Below, piece by piece: positions 12,711 through 24,939 of a stretch of DNA of 64,000 nt. The DNA is from Mobula hypostoma (taxonomy: Eukaryota). Position 1 is the stretch's first letter. Each line of letters begins with the position of its first letter. The notes beneath the pieces were generated by a model, which was given only the letters and a program-made list of their open reading frames with translations, searched no databases and was not told the DNA's origin. The stretch is taken from NCBI RefSeq assembly GCF_963921235.1, contig NC_086097.1:204664001-204728000 (forward strand). Reading direction: 5' to 3'. Position numbers and translations under genes: made by a program.

Positions 12711-13396
12711 AGGAGGAGGAGAAGATGGCGGCGTGATGCAGTTCGCAATGGCCACTCCGGTGGTGATGTCTGTTATTTGTCAAGTAGGATGTCGTGCACA
12801 ATCCTGATTTGATGGAGACAGATGTGAGAGCACAGAGGAACATCTGGTGAAACTTCTGAAATGCCCGCTTCGCAGCTGCTGCTGCTGTGTGGTCCAGAAT
12901 CTCCGGAGAGGAAGGCCCTGAGCCCTCGGTTTTGCTTGTTGCTTGGCGGCCGGGACACGGTCGAAGCGCTCAGCAGAGGATGGTGCTCGGAGAGGCTGTG
13001 TCGAACGGGCTGGTCGGAGGCTCGAAGTTTTCGGATGGACTCAGAGTCCGCTGCGGTCGGGTGCTTCCAATGGTGCTGCATCGGCAAGTTTGCAGTGCTT
13101 GGAGGTTCATGGCAGGGAGAGTTTCTCCCTTCTACTGCCTGCGTGAGATGATAAGGCTACCAGGACTTTGAGACTTTCTTTTAAACCATGCCCATGGTCT
13201 GCTCTTTATCAAATTATAGTATTGCTTTGCACTATTGTAACTATATGTTATAATTATGTGGTTTTGTCAGTTTTAGTCTTGGTTTGTCCTCTGTTTCTTG
13301 TGATATCATTCTGGAGGAACGTTGCATCATTTTTTAATACATGCATTTCTAAATGACAATAAACGAGGACTGAGTATCCTCATAATCTAAATCTAA
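12711..13396 (+). mobile_element. Non-autonomous, non-coding retroposon with GC-rich head and LINE-like 3' tail
   Basis: Starts aggaggaggagAAGATGGCGGC and ends aataaa..aatctaaatctaa. It is flanked by tctaa, and removing it rejoins the Nimb ORF1 sequence. Confidence 0.8.
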
Positions 13397-13534
13397 TTGG
13401 ATTGCCATCATAAACAGGTCCACAGTCAAAACTCAATAAAAACAATAAATCCTTCCTTCTTTCTTTTATTTAAATCCTCTCTATTGCCTTCATCACTTGG
13501 CGATAAACCAGTAGAATCCTCAATGGGCTGCTTA

Positions 13535-15223
13535 CACTAGACAAGGATTTTCCATTCTGAATACTCTTGGGTGTATCTTATGGATTTTGGGCTATTGATC
13601 ATGAAAATCACAATGAAATTCCCCTATCCTGCGCCATTTTTAAAAATCGCCTATATTTGTTACTTCAATTCAATTCAAATGTTGCCCACAATGGAAGCTG
13701 AAAATTTTTCGATCTTGTCCAGGCATGCCTGCGCATGCTTAGGCAGGGCGGATGCTGCATGGCAGGATAACTTTTAGAAAGGCTGCAAAAGCATTATGCA
13801 CACTCCGTTCTATACATTGTATTTACATATCGGTTTGTCATCACGTTGACGCGCATAGCATATTGTGTGTATTCATTATTATAACGTAATTGTATTTCCA
13901 GGAGTATTTGTGATAGCAAAATGTCTCGCTAATAATGCAACAGGCGCGATACTGCGTTATATCTGTGGCGAGTATACGCTTAAATCTCGGAAACTGAGCT
14001 TTCTCATTAAGAAAGCCTATGAGCACTACTTTGGGTGTAAAATTGGCGACCAAGACAAAGCCTGGGCTCCTCACATCTGCTGCACAGCATACGCTATCGA
14101 TCTCAGCGCTTCTGAATCTCTGAGATACTCGGAAGTCAATGACGTTCACTGTCGCAATCATATGGAGAGCGCAGACTGCTGCTAATTCTGTCTGACCAGT
14201 GTGTCTGGTTTCTCTACTAAAAACAAGAAAGCCATTGAATACCTGGATCTCCCTTCAGACATGAGACCTTTGCGCATGGCGATAGTTTTCCAGCACCGAA
14301 GCCACCGGAACCGTGAGGTCTAGAGGAAGCAGACGAAGATGCCACGATGCACGAATCAGGAATGGAAACCCGCGCTGATATTAATACAGATTTCGAACCC
14401 TTTATGTCAAGGAGCCTCATCTGATAACTCAGTATGAGTTAAATGCCCTGGTCAGAGAACTGGGTTTGTCAAAGGCAAAAACAGAATTACTGGGTTCAAC
14501 ACTGCAAGGATGGAATCTGTTGTCACCAGGCACAAAAAATTTCCGTAAAGGATTTCAATACTTGAGACAGATGTTTTCCAGAACTTATGCCAAGATTAAG
14601 GCAGGCATTTTTGCTGGTCCACAAATCAAACAGGTCATCAATGTCGTGCAATTCGAAAAGCTTCTAGTGGAACTGGAGAAAATCGCATAGAAGTCGTTCA
14701 AGAATGTTGTTGAAATTTTTCTTGGCAACAACAGAGTTCCAAACTACGTGCAGCAGGTTGCTAATATGCATCATGCATATAAAACCATGAAATGCAACAG
14801 GTCACTAAAGATTCATTTTCTGTATTCCCGTTTAGACTTCTCTGCAAATCTTGGCGCTCTCCGTGACGAGCATGGTGAAAGGTTTCACCAGGACATTGCG
14901 GTCATGGAGAAACAGTATCACGGCAACTGAAATCCATCAATGCTGGCTGATTATCATTGGACACTTAAGCGAGAAGCCCCAGATACCGAGTACAAACAAA
15001 AACCATCAACGTAACATTTTAAGCTTATTTAAACTATTGCAAAGCATCAGCACCATTATACAATTAAACGCATTACATTCAATAAAAGTTAATTTCTTGT
15101 TTCTCCATATTCCTGCGTGATACAATCTGAAATTATATTTATTTTTCAGCTTCAGGCGGTCTTTCATAACCCAAAAGAAAATTCCAAGGAAGCAACACTT
15201 CTGGAAAATAATGCCGCCCAGTT
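13535..15223 (+). mobile_element. Chapaev3-like (CMC) DNA transposon, internally deleted
   Basis: Transposase motifs YICGEY, KAYEHYFGCKIGDQDKAWAPHICC, KIKAGIFAGPQI and SLKIHFL..DEHGERFHQDI. 5' terminus is CAC and the 3' terminus is decayed (cccagtt). 3-bp TSD tta/cta. The empty site is visible in the paralog at about 7800-7820. Confidence 0.8.
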
Positions 15224-15414
15224 CTATTTTTCCGCTTACCAGAAACCCGCCATTCGCCTTCTGCCATACAACTCCCGTCACCCAATACCACCTCCCGTTC
15301 GCTACCTCCGTCTTCTCTATCGCTTCCAGTCATCTCTTAACCCCTTTCCTGTCTGAGGGGAAACTCTTAGCAGAAGACTCAGTCCTTTACTCCAACCCTG
15401 ATCAGTTTAACTAG

Positions 15415-16050
15415 TGGCGTGGTTTCTCGTTTCTCACAAACGACAAGGAGACGCAGAAAATCCTTCAAGAAGTTTTAAACTTTAATTTGCAAATCAAAGC
15501 TGAGACAATCAGAAAGCTAGTTGCTGACTGCCCCCCGAGGCTTGTATACAGCATTTTTATAGCAATTTCCTATCTTAGCTATATTATCATATCCAGTCGG
15601 CCTGTGATTACATATCATCAATATATCCGCTCTCGACTTTCCACTATTGTTTTACTCTCCAATTTAATTATGTCCTAGCTTACATTTTAGATCAGGTGTC
15701 CCCTCATCCCTAACCACAGTTATTTCTTAATTAGTCTTGTTTTGACATACTGCCACACATTTCATTACCTTACTCGCCACCGTTATCTTTCTACTTGGTT
15801 TCATTCTAGTTCTCTTCATGAATTAATAGTGATTAGGTCAAAAGTCATGGCTACATAGTGAATACCCTCTATTCAGCTAGCAGTGGTTACATTGTAAATA
15901 TAGAAAATATAATGTATGCGTTTACATTTTCCAATACTAGCTCCTGTGATTACACCTCGACTGCCCACGCTTCCATACTTCTACTAATGGTATCAGGCTC
16001 TCTAAATATCGGAGGTGTTCGAAGCTATCTAGGATTGACTCCTAAATACA
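15415..16050 (-). mobile_element. Probable solo LTR
   Basis: TG..CA-bounded non-coding block (tggcgtgg..taaataca) that interrupts the Nimb 5' homology. No convincing TSD. Confidence 0.45.
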
Positions 16051-19000
16051 GTGTAATTTAAATATTGAAAGTTCAATAAAGTAAGCAGCAGGTGCTCGCA
16101 TTTCATGTCGCTCGTTCATTACAACGTTTAGCTCCAATTTATGCTAGTAAGGTTAAATCAGACGCTGTACTAAAAGGCATCCGAAACACGCCTGATATGA
16201 AAAAAATATATAACCATACGCGATTCACTGAAATGCTCACGAAGTGCCCGGTCCAATTTCCCGATGGGCGCAATTTAAGCAGGAACTGATTGATTCAATC
16301 GGCGTTACATGATTTGCGCTGATCGATCCGATTTTCAGGTTAATGTGGGCGACTCCTAGTGGAACAGCTTCAAGTAACAATCTATCTGCGATCTGGTAGT
16401 TGCAGTGCCGGGCGTTCATTGGTTACTTGCAGATGGAGTAATGCCAGTTAAATTGCAGTTCAAAGCAATTGTCTGTTATTCCAATTACTACTAATTTTGT
16501 CTTTTATTTCCCCGAAAAGTATGACATTTTCGAATGCCATTTAACAGTCAATCTGGATTAACCGTTTCTTTTCCTCGTTAATTTGACTTAGCTGACCTTT
16601 GCGATAAAATGGGTTACAGTGCCATTAGATACTATTGCTATATCGCGCAAGGGTACTATATTGCGATGCGACATTATGTAGCTTGGTCTTAGTTCTGTGC
16701 TGTTGAGTTCTGAATCCCAGCGCTGAGTGGCGGTGTCACATCACTTAGACTCTTGTTCTCCGCAGCCTCAGCCATCTCATTCACGGAAGTCTTGCTGATT
16801 CACTGCTTCGTGCAGTCACAAGAGGGGGTGGGGAAATCACAGGCAACATTCACACACACACGGAAAAGAATTGGTAAATGCAGCGCCAATCGCACCTTTC
16901 AGGCGGTCATCAGGCTATGGAGAAAGAGAAGTTATAGGACATCCCACCTCTATTGCGTTTGGCCATCCGGCGCAGCATCGCTAGTAAAACTAATCCGGGG
17001 TCTGCCTCCTCGCCCGCTTTGCACTAGGGACTGCGTTGAAGAAATGTAACAGAGCTTTTCACTCCAGGATCATTGTCCTGGATTTCTTGGAACCCACGGC
17101 TGGACAGAGGACCCTCTGTTGCCATGCTGTAACCACAGCTGGGAGAGGCTGCCCGCCCGAGTTGCAGCGCAGTAAGTTGTCGCCGACTGTCGGTGAGCGG
17201 GGATGGACCTCGGCAGCGTGAGGGGAGCCAGGTGTCGAAACCATTAGACCGCAATCAGATCTAGGTACCGGTTGGAGGACTCCCCAGGACTCAGGGAGGA
17301 AGAGTGGCCGGCGCTCACAGAAAGAGGAACACTTGTTACCCACGCATCAGGTGAGATATTTCTACTAGAATCATTTCAGTAGGTTGCGCCGTTTACGTTT
17401 GTCTGTAATGCGAGAATTATAATTGCCTGGAATTGGGTCCCTTACAAAAATGTCCCTTTTTTTTCTGGTTCGTCATTGACTTGCTGGGCTGCGGGTTCTC
17501 CTCTTGAGTTGGAAGTGCCTTTACTCTGTGATATCGGCATTCGCCAGTTAAACTGAGGCAGCCTTCATTACGCTTTGGCTTAAAACTCCCTCATGTTTGT
17601 GACTGGTAGTGTCTGGTAGCTAGTAAGTCAGAGTACTTAGTTTTCTGAATACCATACTATAGGTTTAAAGGGAATCGTGGAAGGTAACGCAGCACTCGTG
17701 AATTTCAAACTTTTTAGTAGGAAGAGAAGAAAATGGTTGCAGTAAAATTTGAATCAAATGCACCCCACTCTGAGACTCTAGTCTCTTTTGAAGTAAAACG
17801 CTAGTTCAAGGAACAGTTTCCTGATGTTTAGATGCTCATGATCTTGTTGGAAGTGGGTTAACGTCTGACAACCACTTCCTCAAAGGGGAGGGGGCATATA
17901 AAGTCAGTGATGTTTGTCATAAGTTTGTGTCTTTTAAAATTGGGAGTCATTTTGTTCTAGCTTCCGAGACACACCGACTTAAATCCTGTTACAACATCAG
18001 TGAGTCTCGGCCGTACCGTTGTGTCAGAGCGGCCAGCTCCAGTCGGCGCATTTAGGTTGACAGGACATTCACCAATGGAGGTTATGTATATTTCCAATTT
18101 GTTCACTTCCACTTTTAGTGAGAAATTTTTGTTCAGAGCAGGTTTAGTAGATTTCCACTAATCACGGCGCCTCACTGAGAACCTGACTCGCACAGATTTG
18201 TGGCAGGCTCGTTAATGACCTGACGAGGGACGCTGAATAATTCAGGAATGCTCTCGGCGTGAATAGGCAAAGGTGTCAAGAAGAGTGAAAGGCAAATGAT
18301 GTCAGAGAAAGGAGTTTACTTCGGATTGAAGTCGATATTAGACTCGTTTCTTAACGTGCCTAATGTACTGCTGGTCTACTAGCAGCTGTCCGTAACGGGA
18401 AGAGTAACATTGTGAGAGATCACCGCATTCCGCTTTACCTCCCAGACCTGAAGAACACAACTGTCAATAAAGGAAGATAGGAACACTGACATTGTTGTCA
18501 GTTTTTTCCCCTCCATCTCCTCATTAATTTTGAAAAGATAGCTCTTTTCTATCGCAAAGGTTCCAATGGAGGAAACAACAAGCCGGAAGTCTTTCTTTCA
18601 CGTTATGATCCTAAGGCACATTTCTAAGGTGAGATGGGGCCAATGGGTGGCTGATGTAGAGCTTCACCGCTTCAAGAGGTTTCCCCCATAATGAGGCTCC
18701 CCTTTCCTGCGCTGAAGGTTCGTCACGTTTTGTTTCTTTGCTGTGTGCCAGATTCACAGCTAACATCTGGAAAGCAACAAGGAACTACTTTCATCAAATG
18801 TCATCCTGGTTTCAACTCGTGATTGGTTACAATTCTCGATTAAATTTAGGGTAAATAGGGTACGTGGTTATCACTGTATCAACCACCTCGAAGAATTTAC
18901 AGAGAACCCTGTTATAGAGCGGTGACAGGAACGCTAAGGATGATTTATTTAGGCGATTGGTTGTTGGTCTGTTCGTCAATTCAATTTACCCACCGTACAT

Positions 19001-19500
19001 CTTGTGAGATGTCGCATCCCGATAAGAGATCTTAAATCTCAATGAACTCAGTAACCGCTGCGATTAGGAGAAGGAGATGCACGTTTCTGCTACTCCTTTT
19101 TGGAATGTCCTTCCTACTTTCACTCTTACACTCGAACTCGTTCGTGGTTCCTCATTAGAGAAGCAAGACTTCTGAACAAGATTTTCTGAATATATCGTTT
19201 TAAGCACTGCCAGACATCTGTCCTCATTCTGAATGCAAAGAAGTACGAATGATAGCATCCCAATGTCTTCCAAATTAAAGTCTTCAAACTCCGATATCAT
19301 TGTGTTGGACGCACGCACAGGGACTCGCATTTGATTTCCTTTGAAGGGGTGTGTTAATCGCGCACACATACAGTATACTTGACAGATATGACATATACCC
19401 GTCATCTGGCGTGCTTTGATTCAGACGAAGCTGAACTGAAGCACTCCAAGGTGCGTGTTCAAAATTCAAAGCTGTGCGTGCATTCCGTGTGTCTGCTGAA
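16050..19500. promoter_or_regulatory. CpG-enriched, repeat-poor promoter-like region
   Basis: CpG density is visibly far above the rest of the window. ETS CGGAAGT at about 16783, GGGGTGGGG at about 16825 and CCAAT at about 16886. Confidence 0.7.
16750..17350 (+). other. Probable non-coding first exon of an unidentified host gene (start approximate)
   Basis: A GC/CpG-rich segment ends at consensus donor CAG|GTGAGA (17350/17351), followed by a sharp switch to T-rich sequence. Only short uORFs are present. Confidence 0.6.
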
Positions 19501-20525
19501 GGATCTCAGCACCTGAAGGATCCAGTCAGTATTGCATTTACTGTTTTCATTGCTAATTGTAACTTTTCTTTACCTAATTTAATCATTAAGGAAACACAGT
19601 ACTCTGATATGTTTCTTGTACTCTCTATTTGAGGACTCCTGCTTTCCCAAATTCACTTAATCTAATCATATGCTCTCTGAACCAAAGGAATTTCTGTTGT
19701 AACTTTTGAAGTTTCTCTTGTGTCTCAAATCTGACTTGACAGTGGAACTCAATTTGCACCTCATTTGGAGTTTCAGTTTGTTGGTTTCAAAATTCTATAT
19801 GGTAATTATGGGTATATATGCAAGTGTGGGTGCATGTATTTCCCATCCATTAAAATTTAGTAATTATAAAACATGTTGATACAGCTAATCAAAATATTTG
19901 CTTCGATATTGGCACACATGAAACGTGTGACTTTTTTTTCCCTATTGTGGTCATTAGTAGTTTAGTCACAAATTAACCTAAAGCATGATTTTATTTGTAA
20001 GTGTCTGCAGGAAATAATTTACAAATCATTAATTCACTTGGCAAAATATTCTGATACTGCAGCTCAACGTGGTTATTATTCACAAGTGCCCAGCAGGGCA
20101 CCAGGTATTAATGAGTTGCATGGAGAGATAATTTCACATGATTGTCTTTTCTGTCCTTGTTGAGTATTAGTTCTTATGCTGGAAATTGATATTCAGAACA
20201 TTTAAACAAGTGATGAGGGCAGATTTCCCCAATCATTCAAGAACACACTACATTTATTTTTTACTCTAAATGAAAATCCACAGTTTGACAAGGAAGGGGA
20301 AAATAGCCACTAGTCTTTTAAAGATAGTGCACAAATAAAGATGTGTGAGGGGAAGAACAAAATTATCTCTATTTTTCCCATTTCATCACTACTACCTTTA
20401 TTGATTTTATCAGTCAGAAATGGAGTGAGATTGTACAAGGCCACACATGATGGTTTTGATCTTGCTGTAATGTGGGAGAACAAGTTAATGCATCTTGTTG
20501 AGGATGCAAATACTTTATAATGTTA

Positions 20526-20747
20526 CTAAGATAAGAATGTAAATAGGAGCAGGAGTAGGCCATTTGGCCCATCAAGCCTGCTCTGCCATTCATTAAGATC
20601 GTGGTTGATCTGGCCATGGACACATCTCCACCTACCTGCCCTTTCCCCATAACCCTTAATTCCCCTACTATGCAAAAATCTATCCAACCTAGTCTTAAAT
20701 ATATTTACTGAGGTAGCCCCCACTGCTTCATTGGGCAGAGAATTCCA
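20526..20747 (-). mobile_element. CR1 3' end fragment
   Basis: WNSLPNEAV..FKTRLDRFL..GIKGYG plus the CR1 tail. Confidence 0.9.
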
Positions 20748-21104
20748 AGATACTAAGGACAAAACCCAAGTGTTTTGGAAAGATCAAGATGTGGATAGGA
20801 AGTATGGAAGTGGGAGGGAATTCAACTGAGAGATGGAGGTATTGTAGATAAGAGTTTGAGCAGTGGGGTAAAGCAAATAATACTGAGGAGACAGCAACAG
20901 TGAGTTTTGATGATAAGCTCACTCAAGGCCTGAATGACATTCATCATTTGCAGTAGAGGTGGGTAATGGTGACATTTTGGTGGCTATTATAGGACCCAGA
21001 AATGATCTGACCAAATCTGAAGTTGAAAAAGTTGCTCCTCATTTGTAAATTCATGTGAGACAGAGAAAAAAAATCTGGCAATGCAGAAATGGCTATGGAA
21101 GGAG

Positions 21105-21470
21105 AAATGCATTATTCCTATGACACCTTTCAGATCTTTTTCAAAATGTCCCAGACTGCAGTCATTGTAGCAATGTAGGGAACAAAGTCTCTAATTTATG
21201 TCCAGGAATCGCTGTACACAGAACTCCGTGCATGATCCATCCACTTTACATGAGTGTGGTCACTTAATGTTTGATTTTTTTCAGAGTAGTGCACTTGGAC
21301 CTTTTTGCCCAAAAGAGAGTACAAAGCTTTAGTGCCTCATCTTGGAGACAACACCTGCACACCATTGGAATCTTATGATGACGTTAGGCAAGATTTACAT
21401 ACAAGTTGCTTCAGATGATTTGAACATAAAATTCTTCAACTCGAGATGCTATTAACTGAGCCACAGTTGG
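21105..21470 (-). mobile_element. Ancient DeuSINE-like (SacSINE1/AmnSINE1-related) relic
   Basis: Degenerate match, from memory, to the Deu domain and tRNA-like head (gcaatgtaggga.., cctcatc..agacaacacct, ..aactgagccacag). Confidence 0.5.
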
Positions 21471-21723
21471 TGAATGAGTTGAGGTAATAATGGAAAGGTT
21501 GCAATGGGTGTTCTCAGTATACACATTAAACTAATTAATAATCTGCAGATAATATTTCCAAAAAGTAACATACAAACCAGGCACAGGAGAAGTGGGTTGG
21601 CCCTTTGATAAGCTACAGAATGGTTGCAGTAGACTGGAAGCAAAGTCAGTGCTGAGATGGTTTGAAGACAGTAGGACAAAATGTTGGTTCTGCGAGCTGA
21701 GTCATTAAGTTTGGGCAAAGAGA

Positions 21724-21880
21724 AAATAGACAATAGACAATAGGTGCAGGGGTAGGCCATTCGGCCCTTTGAGCCAGCACCGCCATTCACTGTGATCATG
21801 GCTGATCATCCACAGTCAGTATCCAGTTCCTGCCTTATCCCCATAACCTTTGATTCCGCTATCTTTAAGACCTCTATCCA
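21724..21880 (-). mobile_element. CR1 3' tail fragment
   Basis: (aatagac)n tail plus gtaggccattcggccc..ccccataacctttgat. Confidence 0.85.
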
Positions 21881-22659
21881 TGGCACTGAAAACAGAGAGA
21901 GACTGTGTCCATGACAGTCAAAAAGAAAATTGCTTTACAGTATCTGTGACAAAACCAAGTTCTTCCAGACCAAAATTTATATTCATTGGATTCAGGTTGA
22001 AACTGTTTGTTCAAGAACTTTAAGGGTAAGTATGCTAAGAATTAGATGGTAGCTGGAAATAGGTGGAAGTTTTAGAAAAAGAAGCAGTTTTTTTGGGCAG
22101 TGGGACAATGGGGGCTATTTGCTTGTCCAAACACTGCTATTTACCACATTATGGAACAATTAGACAGGGGGCAGTTAATTGTCTGTTCAGTACCTGAGAA
22201 GCAAAAGCAAGGAATGGTAGAATGTCCAAAACACAAGGAAGCAAGTTCTTTGAAACAGGTCTGATGGAAATGGCTTATGCTTGAAACAAAATTGAGATTG
22301 TTCTTCCACACTCCACCCCCCCTCCCAACCCATGCAGTTTTCAAGTTTACACCCTCCACACATATGATTGGAAGATCCTAGCTAAGGTTTTCACAGAAGA
22401 CTTTAGTTTTTTTCTTCTCAAATCATCTACAAAACTCGCTTTTCAGATGAGAGATAATGCAAGGAAATAATCTTGCCTAAACAGAGCATTTGAATTAAGT
22501 TCAAATACTTTCTGCCAGCAGGATGGAATATTTACTTTTTTCAGAAAAAAACTATTTAAGGATATTGATTATTTAAGTGATGTTTGACAAGTCTGCATCA
22601 GACCCTTCTGTCTGATGTTTAATTGAGTTTATAATGTCTGTGTATGTGCAATGTCTGCA

Positions 22660-23110
22660 TGAGTTTGTTCAGTAGCCCAGTCTGCATCATTCAAACCAGT
22701 CTCTCTTCCATTGACTCTGTCTACACACCCCACCTTGGCAAAACAGCCAAGGACCACTCCCACCCAGGTCTTCCTCTTTTCTTCTTCTCCTTCCCTCCCT
22801 GATGGCAGAGGATACAAATAGTTGAGAAGGTGTACCGTCTGGCTCAAGGACAGCTTTTGTCCTGCTGTTATCGGACTCCAGAACAGACTGTTTGTATGCC
22901 AAATATGAAATTCTGATCTCTCTTGGTCTACCTTGTCATGGCGTTTGCATTTATTTTGCATTGTACTTTCTCTATAATTGTTGCACTATATTCTGCACAA
23001 TAGTATTCCTCTTTTTTTATTACCTCAGTGTAAATTGTGGAATAATCTTTCTGGATAGCATACAGACAAAAGCTTTTCACTGTCTCTCGGTAAATGTGAC
23101 AATAATGAAT
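22660..23110 (+). mobile_element. Rex1-type LINE 3' end
   Basis: LPDGRGY..RLKDSF-like peptide, then a T-rich UTR ending aatgtgacaataat. Confidence 0.7.
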
Positions 23111-24939
23111 CAATTAAAATACTCTGGATGATTTTTGTGTGCAATTCCTTGTATATTTTTGTAACTGGCAATTTTTAAGGTATAGACATGCCACATTAAT
23201 TCTGTTATGATCAGAAGTCACTGAAAAGATATTTTACTGGCTTCATACGCAAGCAGGTGTAGAAACATGATTAACAAATATATCATGTTTTCTCAGCACT
23301 TACTGAGTGGACAATTTTGTAAGCCTTAATTGAAATAGTATACAATAAACATTGGAATTTCCAATGAAACTTAATCCTGGCTGTCCTATATTTGAAAATT
23401 TACTCAAATATTCCTTAATAATATTCTCTTGGTACTTTATTTCTGTTTTCTGATGTTGTATATTGGTTTCACTTTCATACCGCACTTTCATGACTATAAA
23501 ATGGTATTTCAATCTGCATTGTTATTTTGCTGTGTTGGCCTAAAGAAAGTAAAAAATTGATGAACAGATAGCTGGAAAAAGTCAATGACAATGGTCAAGT
23601 AGAGAAATGTCTTAGTTCTTGCCAGGTGGTAGAATATGTGGAGGCTCTCATTTTCTGGCATTAAGTCTCTCTGTATTGAAGCAATCAAAAGTGAACTTAA
23701 TGCAGGTCCAACTGATAATCTTTTAGTCACAAATAATTTCCATTTAAGAAGTTCTTTGTGGGATCATCTTTGATACAGCAAAAGAGTCAACACTGATTTA
23801 TAAGAAGAATACTCTGTGTCTGTAAACTGAAGTATCCTGAGCCCTATATCCGAATTGAACTGGATATAGTTAGTGTGAAATAGCCCCACTCAGCAAAAAG
23901 CAAAGGAATTGCATTGGATGCATATCCTTATTTGGCAAAGGACAATGGGGTAAAGGACAATAATCAACCAATATAAATTGTAAATGGCTTGTCAAGTGCT
24001 CAAGAGAGTTGTGTGGGAAATTAGATCTCATTGTTCTGAGGAGCATCTGCTGTTGGTCACTTTTAGATCATGTACATTTAATAGCGCTGTTCATGCAACA
24101 GCATAGAGGGATATGATAGAATAATGGTTATGTTACTGAACTAAAATTCTAAGTTCTAGACCATTGATCCAGAGATAAGAGTTTGACTCTGGCCAGAGAT
24201 GAAGGGGAATTAAAATTCAAGTAATTAAACCTGTGATTTAAGTAAGTCCTAGTGGCCAGTGTTTTGGCCACCAGTACATTTTGTTATAATGGGTTTATGA
24301 CCAGTTTGTGCATTGATGTGCTGTGCAACAAACCTTTCAGATGCAATTAAAGATTAAAGTTGATATCCTAGGCTATAAGGTTACTTCTACATTTGAACAT
24401 TGGTAATTTTTGCTTCTATCTGATTACACTTTATACTGAATTCCTTAATCTACCATTATCATCTCTGTATTTATTTTCTTCTGTATTCCTTTTACTCATG
24501 TCCTGATAGTCTCCAATTTATCTAATGCACCATCTCTTGCAATAAGGCATTTTTGCTTATTTTATAGCTTTCTTTTGACTTCCCATAGCTGTTTAGTGTT
24601 TCCACCTCTTTCTGCTTTTATTTCAAATTCCAGCATGTGGATTATTTTATTTTCAATGAAATTATTCATCCATATCCCTACACATTCCCCAGACTTGCAG
24701 TATATCACCAGCTATTACCATAGCTCCTTGTGAATCCCCAAGCCATCTGCTCATTTCTTCCCCAATCTTTCTGCCTTTCCAATTTCTTCTTCAACATTAA
24801 AATTGTTCTAAAGACAGACTTTTCATCTAAATTCTCACCAAAGCTGAACTTCTGGTCTTTGTATTGATATCTGAAGCAAACTGGGAAGTGCTGTTATGAT
24901 GCAGGAATATGCTGCTACAGTTTAGCTGGATTGTATAAT

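Larger units (their letters stand above)
8025..15405 (-). mobile_element. Nimb/I-group LINE (ORF1 with CCHC knuckles, ORF2 APE-RT), decayed and interrupted by three insertions
   Basis: ORF1 CFQCQK and CGRCGGKH near 12100-12165. APE VGSDHFPI. RT VAVFLDVEKTYD, NGTSQGS, SLYADNGALW and YIVLIRSVFDYGC. 3' end taggtggcagtattgcacc..attaaa..aagaag at about 8030-8100. Confidence 0.85.

Noticed and set aside
16753..17343. ORFs of 61-98 aa on both strands in the GC-rich region
   Set aside because: No recognisable domain, and mostly non-ATG starts. Expected by chance in GC-rich leader sequence.
19505..19525. Possible REST/RE1 site (tcagcacc)
   Set aside because: Only the left half-site is present, with no GGACAG right half at canonical spacing.
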